Shown here: piece after piece, positions 1 through 8,504 of the stretch | Numbering within the stretch: position 1 is the stretch's first letter | How the letters are laid out: the number at the start of each line of letters is the position of its first letter | DNA from: Nitrososphaera viennensis EN76 | GTDB taxonomy: Archaea > Thermoproteota > Nitrososphaeria > Nitrososphaerales > Nitrososphaeraceae | DNA length: 32,000 nucleotides | Direction of reading: 5' to 3' | Assembly: GCF_000698785.1 (NCBI RefSeq) | Contig: NZ_CP007536.1 | Span: forward strand, 690,001-722,000 | Notes under the pieces: generated by a model | Database searches by the model: none | Told to the model about the DNA's origin: nothing | Seen by the model: the letters and a program-made list of their open reading frames with translations, nothing else | Program-made: the position numbers and the translations under genes

Positions 1-1376
1 GCGACAGCGCAATCGGAGGCACCGTGAACAGGGAAGGGATGCTCCTTGTCAAGGCGACCAGGGTTGGCGCAGACTCGTTTCTTTCACAGGTAGTGAAGCT
101 GGTCGAAGAGGCTATGGGCAAAAAGCCGGCGATGCAGAAGCTCGTGGACAAGGTTGCAGGGTATTTCGCGTACGCGGTGATGGCAGTTGCCGTTGCGGCC
201 TTTGGCATATGGTACGCGCTTGCAGCAGGAGCAACAGAAGCAGCGATAATCCCGGCAGTGGCCATACTGGCCGTGGCGTGCCCGTGCGCGCTCGGCCTTG
301 CCACTCCCACCGCGATAATGGTCGGGATGGGCAAGGGCGCTGCGCATGGAGTCATCTTCAAGAGCGGCGACGCGATTGAGGCGCTCAGCAAGGCCAGGGC
401 GGTAGTATTTGACAAGACGGGCACGCTCACGCAGGGCAGGCCGCAGGTCACAGACGTCATACAGCTAAAGCAGGAAATTGATACGGAAGGCCAGAGCGTG
501 CCTGACAGTACAGGCGTGCTGCTCCTTGCCGCCACTGCGGAGAACTACTCGGAGCACCCACTTGCAAAGGCAATAGTCGGCCACGCCAAGAGCGCAGGGA
601 TAGAGCCGAAGGAGGTCTCTGACTTTCAGGTGACCCCAGGCATGGGCGTGACTGCGGTATGGGACGGCACCACGGTAAGGGTGGGCAGCAAAAAGTTCAT
701 AGAAGAGGCGGGCGTGGGCGCCGCCGTCTCGTCTGCGCAGGCAGCGGTGGAAAAACTGCAGGCGCAGGGCAAGACGGCTGTGCTGGTGACTGCAAACAGC
801 GACATTGTCGGCGTCATCGGCCTGATGGACGCGCCCAAGCAAGAGGCCAGAGAAGCGATAGAGGCGCTCAAGGGCCTCGGCATCGAGCCAGTGATGGTGA
901 CAGGCGACAACAGGAGGACGGCCGAGGAGATAGCCAGGCTAGTCGGAATAGAGAGGGTCTATGCAGGAGTGCTCCCTTCAGGCAAGGTGGACGCAATAAA
1001 CGAGATACGCAAAAGCGGCATGGTAGTAGTGGCGATGGTAGGCGACGGGATAAACGACGCTCCCGCTCTCACTGCCGCCGATGTCGGCATGGCTATAGGC
1101 TCTGGCACAGACCTTGCGATAGAGGCAGGAAGCGTAGTGCTAGTAAAAAGCGACATTCGCGGCGTAGTTTCAGCGGTCGAGATTGCAAGAAAGACGGTCG
1201 GCAAGATAAAGCAGAACCTTGCATACGCATTTCTCTATAATGTCGTTCTGATACCGGTCGCAGCGATGGGGTTGCTGTATCCCGCGCTGGCAGGGCTTGC
1301 GATGGCCGCAAGCTCGGTGTCGGTGACTGCCAGCTCGCTTGCGCTCAAAAGGTGGAAGCCAAGGCTGTCAGGCTAA
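1..1376 (+). CDS. copA: Heavy-metal translocating P1B-type ATPase (CopA-like), C-terminal ~458 codons; 5' end lies outside the window
   Basis: The frame is open from nt 3 (DSAIGGTVNREGMLLVKATRVG...), so the ORF-track GTG at 24 is internal. Motifs present: CPCALGLATP membrane metal site, DKTGTLT phosphorylation site, MVTGDN and GDGINDAPAL hinge. Stop is TAA 1374-1376. Confidence 0.93.
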   Translation, partial: DSAIGGTVNREGMLLVKATRVGADSFLSQVVKLVEEAMGKKPAMQKLVDKVAGYFAYAVMAVAVAAFGIWYALAAGATEAAIIPAVAILAVACPCALGLATPTAIMVGMGKGAAHGVIFKSGDAIEALSKARAVVFDKTGTLTQGRPQVTDVIQLKQEIDTEGQSVPDSTGVLLLAATAENYSEHPLAKAIVGHAKSAGIEPKEVSDFQVTPGMGVTAVWDGTTVRVGSKKFIEEAGVGAAVSSAQAAVEKLQAQGKTAVLVTANSDIVGVIGLMDAPKQEAREAIEALKGLGIEPVMVTGDNRRTAEEIARLVGIERVYAGVLPSGKVDAINEIRKSGMVVVAMVGDGINDAPALTAADVGMAIGSGTDLAIEAGSVVLVKSDIRGVVSAVEIARKTVGKIKQNLAYAFLYNVVLIPVAAMGLLYPALAGLAMAASSVSVTASSLALKRWKPRLSG

Positions 1377-1562
1377 CTAGCCGACTCCCTCTTTTTTCTT
1401 TGAAAGGGAGATAAGGTTGACCTTTTCCGCTTCGTCGTTTGCCTTGTACACGGATTCCTGCTGGCGGTGCAGCTGCTCTTTTCGTGCCTTCCATCCAGCC
1501 ATTGCGGCGCGGTGGTCGTCTGAAAGATTATTGTCTTCGCTACCAGTCAAGTCTCTACGCAC
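1377..1562 (-). CDS. Small charged hypothetical protein (61 aa, GTG start)
   Basis: The ORF abuts the copA stop. An AT-rich TATA-like stretch (1581-1603) lies ~28 nt upstream of the GTG and is shared divergently with the PAC2 gene. I recognise no homology, and a GTG start on a leaderless mRNA is weak support. Confidence 0.3.
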   Translation of the reverse strand: MRRDLTGSEDNNLSDDHRAAMAGWKARKEQLHRQQESVYKANDEAEKVNLISLSKKKEGVG

Positions 1563-1642
1563 ACTGTCAGCCGGGTCTGATTTTTAATCTTTTATTATTA
1601 TCCGGCCACACTTTTTTATCAGGCGCCTGTGGAAAGTATCCT

Positions 1643-2338
1643 ATGAAGGCCGTCAGGGTTGAGGATGCCGACATACGCAAGCCCATAGTCATAGCGGCCA
1701 TGCAGGACATGGGCAACGTCGGGAGCATCGCCATCGACTTTATCAACAAGAGCCTCGGCACGCGGCCATTCAGGCACATCTCGATCCCGTTCCCAAATTA
1801 TGTCGTCGACAACGGCGGGCACATCGATTTTCAGCGGGAAAAGTGGGAGTACAGGTACGGCTCTGGCGGGTCGGTCGTGGTATTTGGAGGCGGGATGGGC
1901 CAGCCCCAGACCAACCAAGAGCTTTATGACCTGTGCGAAGATGTCATCGACATCGCAAGGCAGTATTCTGCCCAGCTCGTGTACACGCTCGGTGCGTTCC
2001 ACACCGACAGAAAGTACGGCAAGGCTCCCAAGACGTTTTTTGCGGCGACTACCCAAGAGCTTGCAGGGCAGATCCAGCGCCTCGGGCTTGAACCCACGCC
2101 CGGCTCGTCACTCATTACAGGATTTAACGGCCTCATCCTCGGCCTTGCCAAGGAGGCAGGCCTGCAGGGCATCGGGCTGTACGCAGAGATTGACGATCCG
2201 CAGGTGCCCCAGTTCCGTGCGGCAAAAAGCCTGCTTGCAACGCTCGAGAAACTGACGTACCAGAAATTCCGCGGCATGGAGGAGCTGGACGAGATGGCTT
2301 CGAGGGTAGAAAGCGAGGGCGGCAGCGGCGAATTCTAG
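1643..2338 (+). CDS. PAC2-family proteasome assembly chaperone-like protein (231 aa)
   Basis: MKAVRVEDADIRKPIVIAAMQDMGNVGSIAIDFI... has the PAC2-type N-terminal G-x-V-G segment and the overall size of archaeal PAC2/COG1938 proteins. I chose ATG 1643 because a TATA-like CTTTTTTATC (1611-1620) lies ~26 nt upstream. The ORF-track start at 1439 adds an Arg/Cys/Leu-rich extension that does not look like real protein. Confidence 0.8.
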   Translation: MKAVRVEDADIRKPIVIAAMQDMGNVGSIAIDFINKSLGTRPFRHISIPFPNYVVDNGGHIDFQREKWEYRYGSGGSVVVFGGGMGQPQTNQELYDLCEDVIDIARQYSAQLVYTLGAFHTDRKYGKAPKTFFAATTQELAGQIQRLGLEPTPGSSLITGFNGLILGLAKEAGLQGIGLYAEIDDPQVPQFRAAKSLLATLEKLTYQKFRGMEELDEMASRVESEGGSGEF

Positions 2339-2512
2339 AGCGCAGGGAAAGATTATTCGAGAAGCAAAATGGCCGATACGGAACCCAAAAAAATAGCTGA
2401 CATTATTTTTTATAACATGTACCTACTGCGTATCATCCCAACTCACGCCAGCCCGCAATGTGCAGGCTCGGCTGATGATCGACACTTTTTGAGAATTGGA
2501 CGTCTGTCTCCA

Positions 2513-3160
2513 TTATTGTGTATAGGGCTCCCCGTGCACAGTATTATTGCCAATAATTCCGCTTTCCCATTTCCATAATGTTATAGTAGCAGTCTTGGTG
2601 TTTGGATCTTCCTCATGTATTCCGGATACTATCATGCCGTTAAAGGGTGCCAGCGTGCCGGTTGCGTTGCTGTCAAACACTGCTATGACTATTCCCTTAC
2701 CTTGTAAGGTAGCAGGATCGTACCGGATGATTTCATAAAATGTGATGGCTGTAGTATCGCCATCATCCTCTGAGCGGACGTATTCCCTTCCGTAAGCAAA
2801 AGCAGTCTCATTTCCAGTAACAATCCCATAACCCGTGTTTGTCATATTGATAGTTTCTCCGGTGTCCGGGACTGTCATCGTACCATTTCCAATGAAATCT
2901 ACCCGGAAGTGTGTCTGGTTGATTGGAGTCACGCCTGCGGTCGAGGCTATTTCGTCCCAGATAGGTTATGATGAGAATTTTAGTCCGGATGATGTTATCG
3001 TGCTGTTGTTGTTCCCTCCTTGTGCAAGGGCAGTCATATGAACAGGGCTAATGAAAACAGAACCGCTCGCTAGCAGCATTAACGCAAGGATGTATACTCT
3101 GGTACCGGCCAACGCAAAGTCGAGTTTTCTTTGCTTTCTAATGTAGTCACCGTTTGACAT
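2513..3160 (-). pseudogene. Secreted/N-glycosylated protein gene split by one in-frame TAA (64-codon signal-peptide ORF + stop + 11 codons + 139-codon domain ORF)
   Basis: ORFs 2966-3160 and 2513-2932 are in the same frame (3160-2932 = 228 nt), separated only by TAA at 2966-2968. The upstream part has a TATA-like TTTAATAAAA (minus strand, 3180-3189) ~25 nt before ATG 3160, and a basic-then-hydrophobic signal/anchor (RKLDFALAGTRVYILALMLLASGSVFI). The downstream part carries six N-x-S/T sequons but has no signal peptide of its own. Confidence 0.5.
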
Positions 3161-3383
3161 TGCGAGATCATCATCTGCATTTTATTAAAGAGCTTGCAGA
3201 AATAATATTTGCGCAAAGAAAGTGCTGACTGCACAGCTTGAGACCTTAAAGCACATCCGAATCGCTCTCCTCAGTTTTCAGTTGGATATTCGTGCCACAA
3301 AAAAATATCAGGGCGCTTTTGAAAGGCGCATGATTATTCTTGCAGGTGCTATGAAGGTAACCAAGGACTGCAAACTTGCCATT

Positions 3384-3692
3384 CTAGAGCTTTTTCAGCT
3401 GCACGCCGCTGTCCAGCCGGTCTATCTTGCGGCAGATCATCTTGTACGAGTCAACAATCTCGGCTTCTATCACGCCGGGCAAATGCTGGATGTTTGGCAC
3501 GTAATTGCTGACGACGTACAGGTCGTGCACTCGGACCTCGATTGCAATGTCTTTTGCCTTCAGGTCGTCAGTGCCGGATTTCAGCATGACCTGTATTGCG
3601 CCGGCAAACTTTTTCTCTGTCTCTGTCGCAAGCGGGTAGCGTCCAGACCTTATGGAATCCTGGATCATGGCGCACAGCTCCGAGACCTTCAT
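3384..3692 (-). CDS. Hypothetical protein (102 aa), possibly co-transcribed with the DNA ligase gene
   Basis: ATG start 50 nt downstream of the lig stop on the same strand. The composition is balanced and protein-like, unlike the overlapping plus-strand 169-aa ORF. I recognise no family. Confidence 0.5.
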   Translation of the reverse strand: MKVSELCAMIQDSIRSGRYPLATETEKKFAGAIQVMLKSGTDDLKAKDIAIEVRVHDLYVVSNYVPNIQHLPGVIEAEIVDSYKMICRKIDRLDSGVQLKKL

Positions 3693-3742
3693 TATTATCG
3701 TCGTGTGTGTTATCAGACTGCAGGCACATAATTAACCTGCCG

Positions 3743-5542
3743 CTACTCCTCTTCTTTTTCTTCTTCTTTTGACTTGGCAGCTTCCGAGTGGATCTTTAGC
3801 TGGTGCCTGTACATGGTCACTATCTCGTCAGTTGTGGTCGCGGCCTCTGGTTCCTTGTCATCGCGGATCTTTCCCGTGAATTTGGGGAACCGCAGCGCAA
3901 GGCCGTAGCCGTCCTTTATGGCTCCCATCGCCGCGGTGTGCGACGGGCTCAGGGTTATTTCTGACGCAATGACTTCAATGACCATCGCAGGCTCAAACCA
4001 CACTTCCATGTCCATGCCTGTGTCCACGCGGGCGTGCTTTTGGTGTATCACGTGCTTTTCCAGCTCGCGGTAAAACTGCTCAAGGTGCACGTCTGTAAAG
4101 CCGGTCCCCACCTTTGTCACGCTCCTGAAAATGTCCTCCTTTGGGTCGTACGCCGCCAGAAGAAGGGCGCCGTACTTGCCCACGCGCCTTCCCCGGCCGT
4201 GCAGCGCGCCCACGATGACAAGGTCAAGCGTGTCTGCTAGTTCTGTCCGGTATTCCCGCTTTAGCTTCACCCACAGGTACTCGCGGGCCCCTGCCCTGTA
4301 TGTGCTTGACGGCATCTTTACCATGACTCCCTCGCAGCCGCTCTCTATGGCAGAGGCCATAAAGCGGTCTATTTCGCCCGGCTCTGTCGCAATGACCTGC
4401 GGCACTATTTTCAGCATCATCCCATCAGCTTTGGCGCCTTTGACTGTCTTTTCCAAGAGCTTCCGGCGGTCCTCGTACGGAAGTTCTGTCCGGCTCTTGC
4501 CGTCAAGGTAGAGGATGTCGAAAAGGTTGATGACGACCGGATAGTTTTCCATCGCTTCTTCAATTCCGTGCTTGCGCCTTCGGTGCATGAGCTGCTGGAA
4601 CGGCAGGTACTCCCCTGTCTGCAGGTTTATTGCCACGACCTCGCCTTCCATTATTGCCTCCTTGCAGGCAAGCGACATTGCGGCTTTGCTCACGTCTGGA
4701 TAGTGGTCGGTTATCTTTTCCAGCCTGCGGGAGAAAAGTTCGATGCGGTCCCTGCCCTTGTGGATCTGGACCCGCTCGCCGTCCAGTTTGTATTCCACGG
4801 CGGCGCGGCTGTCCATGCGTTCCATTGCCTCTTCGGCTGTTGAGACGCGCTCGGCAAGCATAGGCCTGATTGGCTTGAACAGCGTTATCTGCACCGCCTT
4901 GACTGCGGCAAGCCCTTTTGTCGCAAGCAGTTTTGCAACCGTGCCAAGGTCGCTTGAAACGTTGTAGGCGTTTTCCAGTACCTTCCTGTTTGCCTTGTCG
5001 CCGGTAAACGCTACGGCCAGCGCGTCAAGCACGGTATAGTCTGCGATGCCAAGCCTGAGCGCCCCCATGACAAACTTCATGATGTAGCGCCCCTCTTCAG
5101 CCGTGGAATCATTGAGCAGGCTTGCGACAAGGCGCAGCTTGGTCTCCTGCGACCCGGGACCGGTCGTCTTGGCGATCTTGTCAAACGTACAGTAGACGCG
5201 CTCCACCGTCATCTGCTCTGAAAAAAGCGTCGACTGGCCCTTTGACACCATCGCCTTGCCGGCGGTGTCGCCAATGTCGCCGGTTTTGCGGTAGATTGCT
5301 TCAACCTCTGACATGCTCTTGCCTGACGAGCTTGCTATTGCCCGGAGCGCCATGCGCTCTGCAAGGCCCATCTCTATGCCCTCATAGTCTGGGTACAGCT
5401 TGCCCTGGATGAGGTACGTCACCTTGTCTATCAGGTCTGCCGGCGTCTGTTTCAACAGTATGACAAGGTGGTCGGTAAGGGCCAGCCTGCTGGACGTCTG
5501 CTCCATCTTGCCAAACGTCTCTACCAGCGGCTGGAAATCCAC
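3743..5542 (-). CDS. lig: ATP-dependent DNA ligase (599 aa, GTG start)
   Basis: Adenylation motif I EYKLDGERVQIH (KxDG), EGVMVK and LWVKLKREY motifs, and an OB-fold C-terminal region. The architecture is archaeal/eukaryotic Lig1-like, ending in an acidic tail KSKEEEKEEE. Confidence 0.96.
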   Translation of the reverse strand: MDFQPLVETFGKMEQTSSRLALTDHLVILLKQTPADLIDKVTYLIQGKLYPDYEGIEMGLAERMALRAIASSSGKSMSEVEAIYRKTGDIGDTAGKAMVSKGQSTLFSEQMTVERVYCTFDKIAKTTGPGSQETKLRLVASLLNDSTAEEGRYIMKFVMGALRLGIADYTVLDALAVAFTGDKANRKVLENAYNVSSDLGTVAKLLATKGLAAVKAVQITLFKPIRPMLAERVSTAEEAMERMDSRAAVEYKLDGERVQIHKGRDRIELFSRRLEKITDHYPDVSKAAMSLACKEAIMEGEVVAINLQTGEYLPFQQLMHRRRKHGIEEAMENYPVVINLFDILYLDGKSRTELPYEDRRKLLEKTVKGAKADGMMLKIVPQVIATEPGEIDRFMASAIESGCEGVMVKMPSSTYRAGAREYLWVKLKREYRTELADTLDLVIVGALHGRGRRVGKYGALLLAAYDPKEDIFRSVTKVGTGFTDVHLEQFYRELEKHVIHQKHARVDTGMDMEVWFEPAMVIEVIASEITLSPSHTAAMGAIKDGYGLALRFPKFTGKIRDDKEPEAATTTDEIVTMYRHQLKIHSEAAKSKEEEKEEE

Positions 5543-5635
5543 GGCTAGAGCTTGGGCGGTTCCTGCTTTAAGGTTTGTTCGTTTGTTTGAATATGAATAT
5601 TAAAGGGGAAATCGGTAACACAAGCCAGATTACAG

Positions 5636-5953
5636 ATGGGCGGAAACAAGAACAAGCCGGCAGCAAAGCAGGACAAGGGCACGGCAGTGGGCCCAGCTGG
5701 CGAGATAAAACCGGCAGCAAAGGAAGAGAAGAAAAAGCCGCAGCAAAAGCAAAAGCTGGCGGTAACCATTGACGAGAACCAGGGCATGAAGGCCATCCAG
5801 GGCATGAAGGCGATAACGGTCCAGTCGGTTGCAAAAGCCGCGGGAGTCAAGATCTCGGTGGCAAACTCGCTGGTCAAGACGCTTGAAGCCAAGGGAGTCG
5901 TCAAGAAGGTCGGCGGCTACAGCGGCCACAAGGTCTACGCGAAGGTCAAGTAG
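5636..5953 (+). CDS. rps25e: Ribosomal protein eS25 (S25e)
   Basis: Lys-rich N-terminus followed by a winged-helix-like ITVQSVAKAAGVKISVANSLVKTLEAKGVVKKVGGYSGHKVYAK, typical of eS25. A TATA-like AATATTAAAGG lies ~35-40 nt upstream. Confidence 0.8.
   Translation: MGGNKNKPAAKQDKGTAVGPAGEIKPAAKEEKKKPQQKQKLAVTIDENQGMKAIQGMKAITVQSVAKAAGVKISVANSLVKTLEAKGVVKKVGGYSGHKVYAKVK
5780..5815 (+). repeat. 18-bp in-frame tandem duplication inside rps25e (QGMKAI-QGMKAI)
   Basis: CAGGGCATGAAGGCCATC is immediately followed by CAGGGCATGAAGGCGATA, with 16 of 18 positions identical. Confidence 0.9.
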
Positions 5954-6341
5954 TAATAGTAGCCAGCCTTTTTACGGCTATAACGTCGCCTGTCTGCACG
6001 CCTTCGATGACTTCGATATTGTTCACTATTTTGCCTATCGCGTTCATCGCCTGCGTCGCGCAGTCCCTTATGACAAAGCATATGGCGCCGTTTGACGGCA
6101 AAAAAGCAAGGTCGCCCCGCTTGAACTGCGTCTTTGCCTTTTCCGCGCCTATGACAAGCCCGGTCTCGATGTAGACGAACTTGTCCTCAAGCCGGTGCAC
6201 CCTGTCCTGCACTGGCAGGCCCTTCAGCAGCGCGCTTGTAGTCAGCGGCGCAAGGTGGCGCACCAGCTCGCACTCTGCAGAGCCCTTGCCCGCGATTTCT
6301 GCCACCAGCCTGACCCTTGACACGGAACCAGCAGCCTGCAC
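5946..6341 (-). CDS. Cyclophilin-like (TM1367/PF04126-type) protein of unknown function
   Basis: GDLAFLPSNGAICFVI and AMNAIGKIVNNIEVIEGVQTGDVIAVKR resemble, from my memory of TM1367, the motifs GDVGYWPPGKALCLFFG and [26 protein letters not shown]. GTG start; an alternative GTG lies 6 codons in. The 3' end overlaps rps25e by 8 nt (convergent). Confidence 0.7.
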   Translation of the reverse strand: MQAAGSVSRVRLVAEIAGKGSAECELVRHLAPLTTSALLKGLPVQDRVHRLEDKFVYIETGLVIGAEKAKTQFKRGDLAFLPSNGAICFVIRDCATQAMNAIGKIVNNIEVIEGVQTGDVIAVKRLATITT

Positions 6342-6452
6342 AGTGGCTGAAAAGCGCAGATGTTATGAAAATGTTTCTGGAAAAACTGCAGAAAAGCATC
6401 TTGAAAGATTCGCAACATTTAATTAGATAACAACCAACTTTTCCATACATTC

Positions 6453-6866
6453 TTGGTAATCAAGCGCTTTACAAAAAAACCTGCTGCACGCAAGTCTGCC
6501 GTGTCCAAGACCAAGGGTAAAAAGGACGCGGAGGCTGAAGTAGAGGAGACCAAGAAGTCAAACCGCCCGGCCGACGAGGTGGTGACTTATTCCGAGCAAG
6601 AGTACGAGCTGAAAGAAGTCCCGGCGCAGGGAAACAAGATCCTGATTGGCCTGCCGTGGCTCACGAGGTTTGAGCGCGCAAGGATAACGGGGGCCCGCGC
6701 ATTGCAATTGTCGCTGGGCGCGCCGCCGCTGATAAAGCCAGACGGCGCAAACACGTCCATCGCGCTTGCGATGCTGGAGGTCGAGAAAAAGGCGCTCCCG
6801 ATATCCATACGCCGCGTCCTGCCAAACGGCATGTACCAGGACATCCCGATCGACTGGATGAAGTAA
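6453..6866 (+). CDS. rpoK: DNA-directed RNA polymerase subunit K (Rpo6/RpoK) with a long charged N-terminal extension
   Basis: LTRFERARITGARALQLSLGAPPLI is the RpoK/Rpb6 signature. The only upstream start in frame is TTG 6453, with a TATA-like CATTTAATTAGAT ~31 nt upstream. Alternative GTG starts at 6579/6582 would give a ~95-aa protein. Confidence 0.88.
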   Translation: MVIKRFTKKPAARKSAVSKTKGKKDAEAEVEETKKSNRPADEVVTYSEQEYELKEVPAQGNKILIGLPWLTRFERARITGARALQLSLGAPPLIKPDGANTSIALAMLEVEKKALPISIRRVLPNGMYQDIPIDWMK

Positions 6867-6948
6867 AATAATCATTACCAATCAACCGGCTATTTTGACG
6901 CACCACATGATCTTTTCCGCCCGGCTAGAGTCGTTCATACAAGAAAAA

Positions 6949-8352
6949 TCATCTGACGGCATCGGCGGCCCTAGAGACGACTTCTGACAGGGCAGGATGG
7001 ATGTGGACAGTCCTTTGTATGTCCCTTATGGCGCCGGTGCCGGCCCTCATCGAGACCAGCACCTCGTGGATGAGTATTGACGCGTCTGTGCCGAGGATGT
7101 GGCATCCAAGGATTTTCCCGTCGTCTTTGCCAACAAGGAACTTGACAAAGCCATCATTGTCTTCGATGGCCTGGCCCATCGCGGTCTGCGCGTACGGATA
7201 GACTGACTTTGAATATTTTACCCCTTTTGCTCGCAGTTCCTGCTCGGTGTGGCCGGCGCTCGCAACCTGCGGCGAGCTGAAAATCGCATGCGGCATCGCG
7301 GTGTAATTGACGGGAATCTTTTTGTCAGGACGGGAAATGTTGTTGAACGCATACTGCGCTTCCAGGTTTGCGCCGTGCCTGAACGGATACTTGCCGACCG
7401 CGTCGCCAAGGGCGAAAACGCCCTTTACGCTTGTTTCGAGGAATTCATCGACGGCTATGTATCCTCTCTTGTCAACTCTGACTCCCGCAAGATCCAGCGC
7501 GAGCGTGTCTGAATTTGGAACCCTCCCTGTCGCCAGCAAAAGCTGGTCTGATTCAATCTCGATGTTTTCCCCCGTCTTGCTACTTTTTGCCGAGACCACG
7601 ACCGTGTCATTGTCTTTTCTAGTCACACGCTGCGTGTCAAAGCCAAGATGCACATTGTACCTGCCTGAAAATATCTCGGTGAATTTCTGCGAGACTTCCT
7701 CGTCCTCCCGGGGCAAGAGCACGTCTCTTTTCTGGATTATGTTTATCTTCGTGCCAAGCGACCCGAAAAAGTGCGCCAGTTCAGCCGCGATGTATCCGCC
7801 GCCTATGATAGTCAGAACATGCGGTTGCTTTTCCAGTCGGAGCGCCTCGTCGCTTGTGATGTACGTGCCCTTTTCCAGCCCCTCTATTTTTGGGATTGCT
7901 GGCCTCGTGCCGGATGCAAGGAGAATCTTTTCTGCCGTGATGACGCTATCTCCTCCCACCAGAATCTCCTTTTTCCCAATGAACCGGCATTCCGCAGGGA
8001 ACAGCCGGGGATTCTCTATGCCAGAGAACGCGTTTCGTATACCGTCAGATTCAGAGTCGATGATGCCGTTTGTTCGCCGGATTATTTTCTCAAAGTCTAT
8101 CGAGAATTTTTCCACCCTGATTCCGAATTGTTCAGCAGTGCGGATAACCTGGGCGACATCTGCGCTGTGTATCAGGAGCTTGGACGGTATGCAGCCCCTG
8201 TTCAGGCAGGTGCCGCCCATCCTGCTTTTTTCAACCAAGGCGACTTTTAGCCCGGATTCTGCGGCGGCACTGGCCACGTCCAGTCCTGCACCACTCCCTA
8301 TCACAATCAAGTCGAATTTCTCGACATTTTCGGATCTATCCTGCTGCGCCAC
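6949..8352 (-). CDS. Class I pyridine nucleotide-disulfide oxidoreductase (dihydrolipoyl dehydrogenase / glutathione- or mycothione-reductase-like)
   Basis: FAD motif DLIVIGSGAGL, redox-active GGTCLNRGCIPSK, NAD(P) motif IIGGGYIAAELA, and dimer-interface HIHPALSEVV. There is no C-terminal Cys pair, so it is not MerA-like. The substrate cannot be assigned from sequence alone. Confidence 0.88.
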   Translation of the reverse strand: MAQQDRSENVEKFDLIVIGSGAGLDVASAAAESGLKVALVEKSRMGGTCLNRGCIPSKLLIHSADVAQVIRTAEQFGIRVEKFSIDFEKIIRRTNGIIDSESDGIRNAFSGIENPRLFPAECRFIGKKEILVGGDSVITAEKILLASGTRPAIPKIEGLEKGTYITSDEALRLEKQPHVLTIIGGGYIAAELAHFFGSLGTKINIIQKRDVLLPREDEEVSQKFTEIFSGRYNVHLGFDTQRVTRKDNDTVVVSAKSSKTGENIEIESDQLLLATGRVPNSDTLALDLAGVRVDKRGYIAVDEFLETSVKGVFALGDAVGKYPFRHGANLEAQYAFNNISRPDKKIPVNYTAMPHAIFSSPQVASAGHTEQELRAKGVKYSKSVYPYAQTAMGQAIEDNDGFVKFLVGKDDGKILGCHILGTDASILIHEVLVSMRAGTGAIRDIQRTVHIHPALSEVVSRAADAVR

Positions 8353-8504
8353 AAGTTACTTTATGATTTCTGGCATATAACAATCAGGTCAAGGGCGGCG
8401 GCGATGGGACATAGCAGCAGGCAAACAACGGTAACAACAATGATAATAGTAACAAAATTGCCTTCAAACATTAAAGAAAAGCCGTTCCAAGATATTTACG
8501 AAGG

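Noticed and set aside
1439-1642. Longer ORF-track N-termini for PAC2 (1439), purD (28095) and folD (31038).
   Set aside because: The extensions lack family homology, overlap neighbouring genes or promoter-like AT-rich DNA, and have off-frame-like composition. Internal ATG or GTG starts align with the family N-termini and with TATA elements ~26-30 nt upstream.
2966-2968. Genome-wide reassignment of TAA, given two in-frame TAA codons (here and at 22453).
   Set aside because: copA, the discoidin-domain gene, the Zn-dehydrogenase, purD and the cyclo-ligase all terminate at TAA at the positions expected from their families.
2968-3010. A C/D-box sRNA candidate (ATGATGA ... ATGATG), and other RUGAUGA-like matches at 8784, 8987 and 3167 (minus).
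   Set aside because: No correctly spaced D or D' (CTGA) boxes or terminal stem are present, and most matches lie inside well-supported CDSs.
3222-3731. A 169-aa plus-strand ORF overlapping the 102-aa minus-strand ORF.
   Set aside because: It is Leu/Cys/His-rich with no start context. The minus-strand ORF has an ATG, balanced composition, and sits directly downstream of lig on the same strand.
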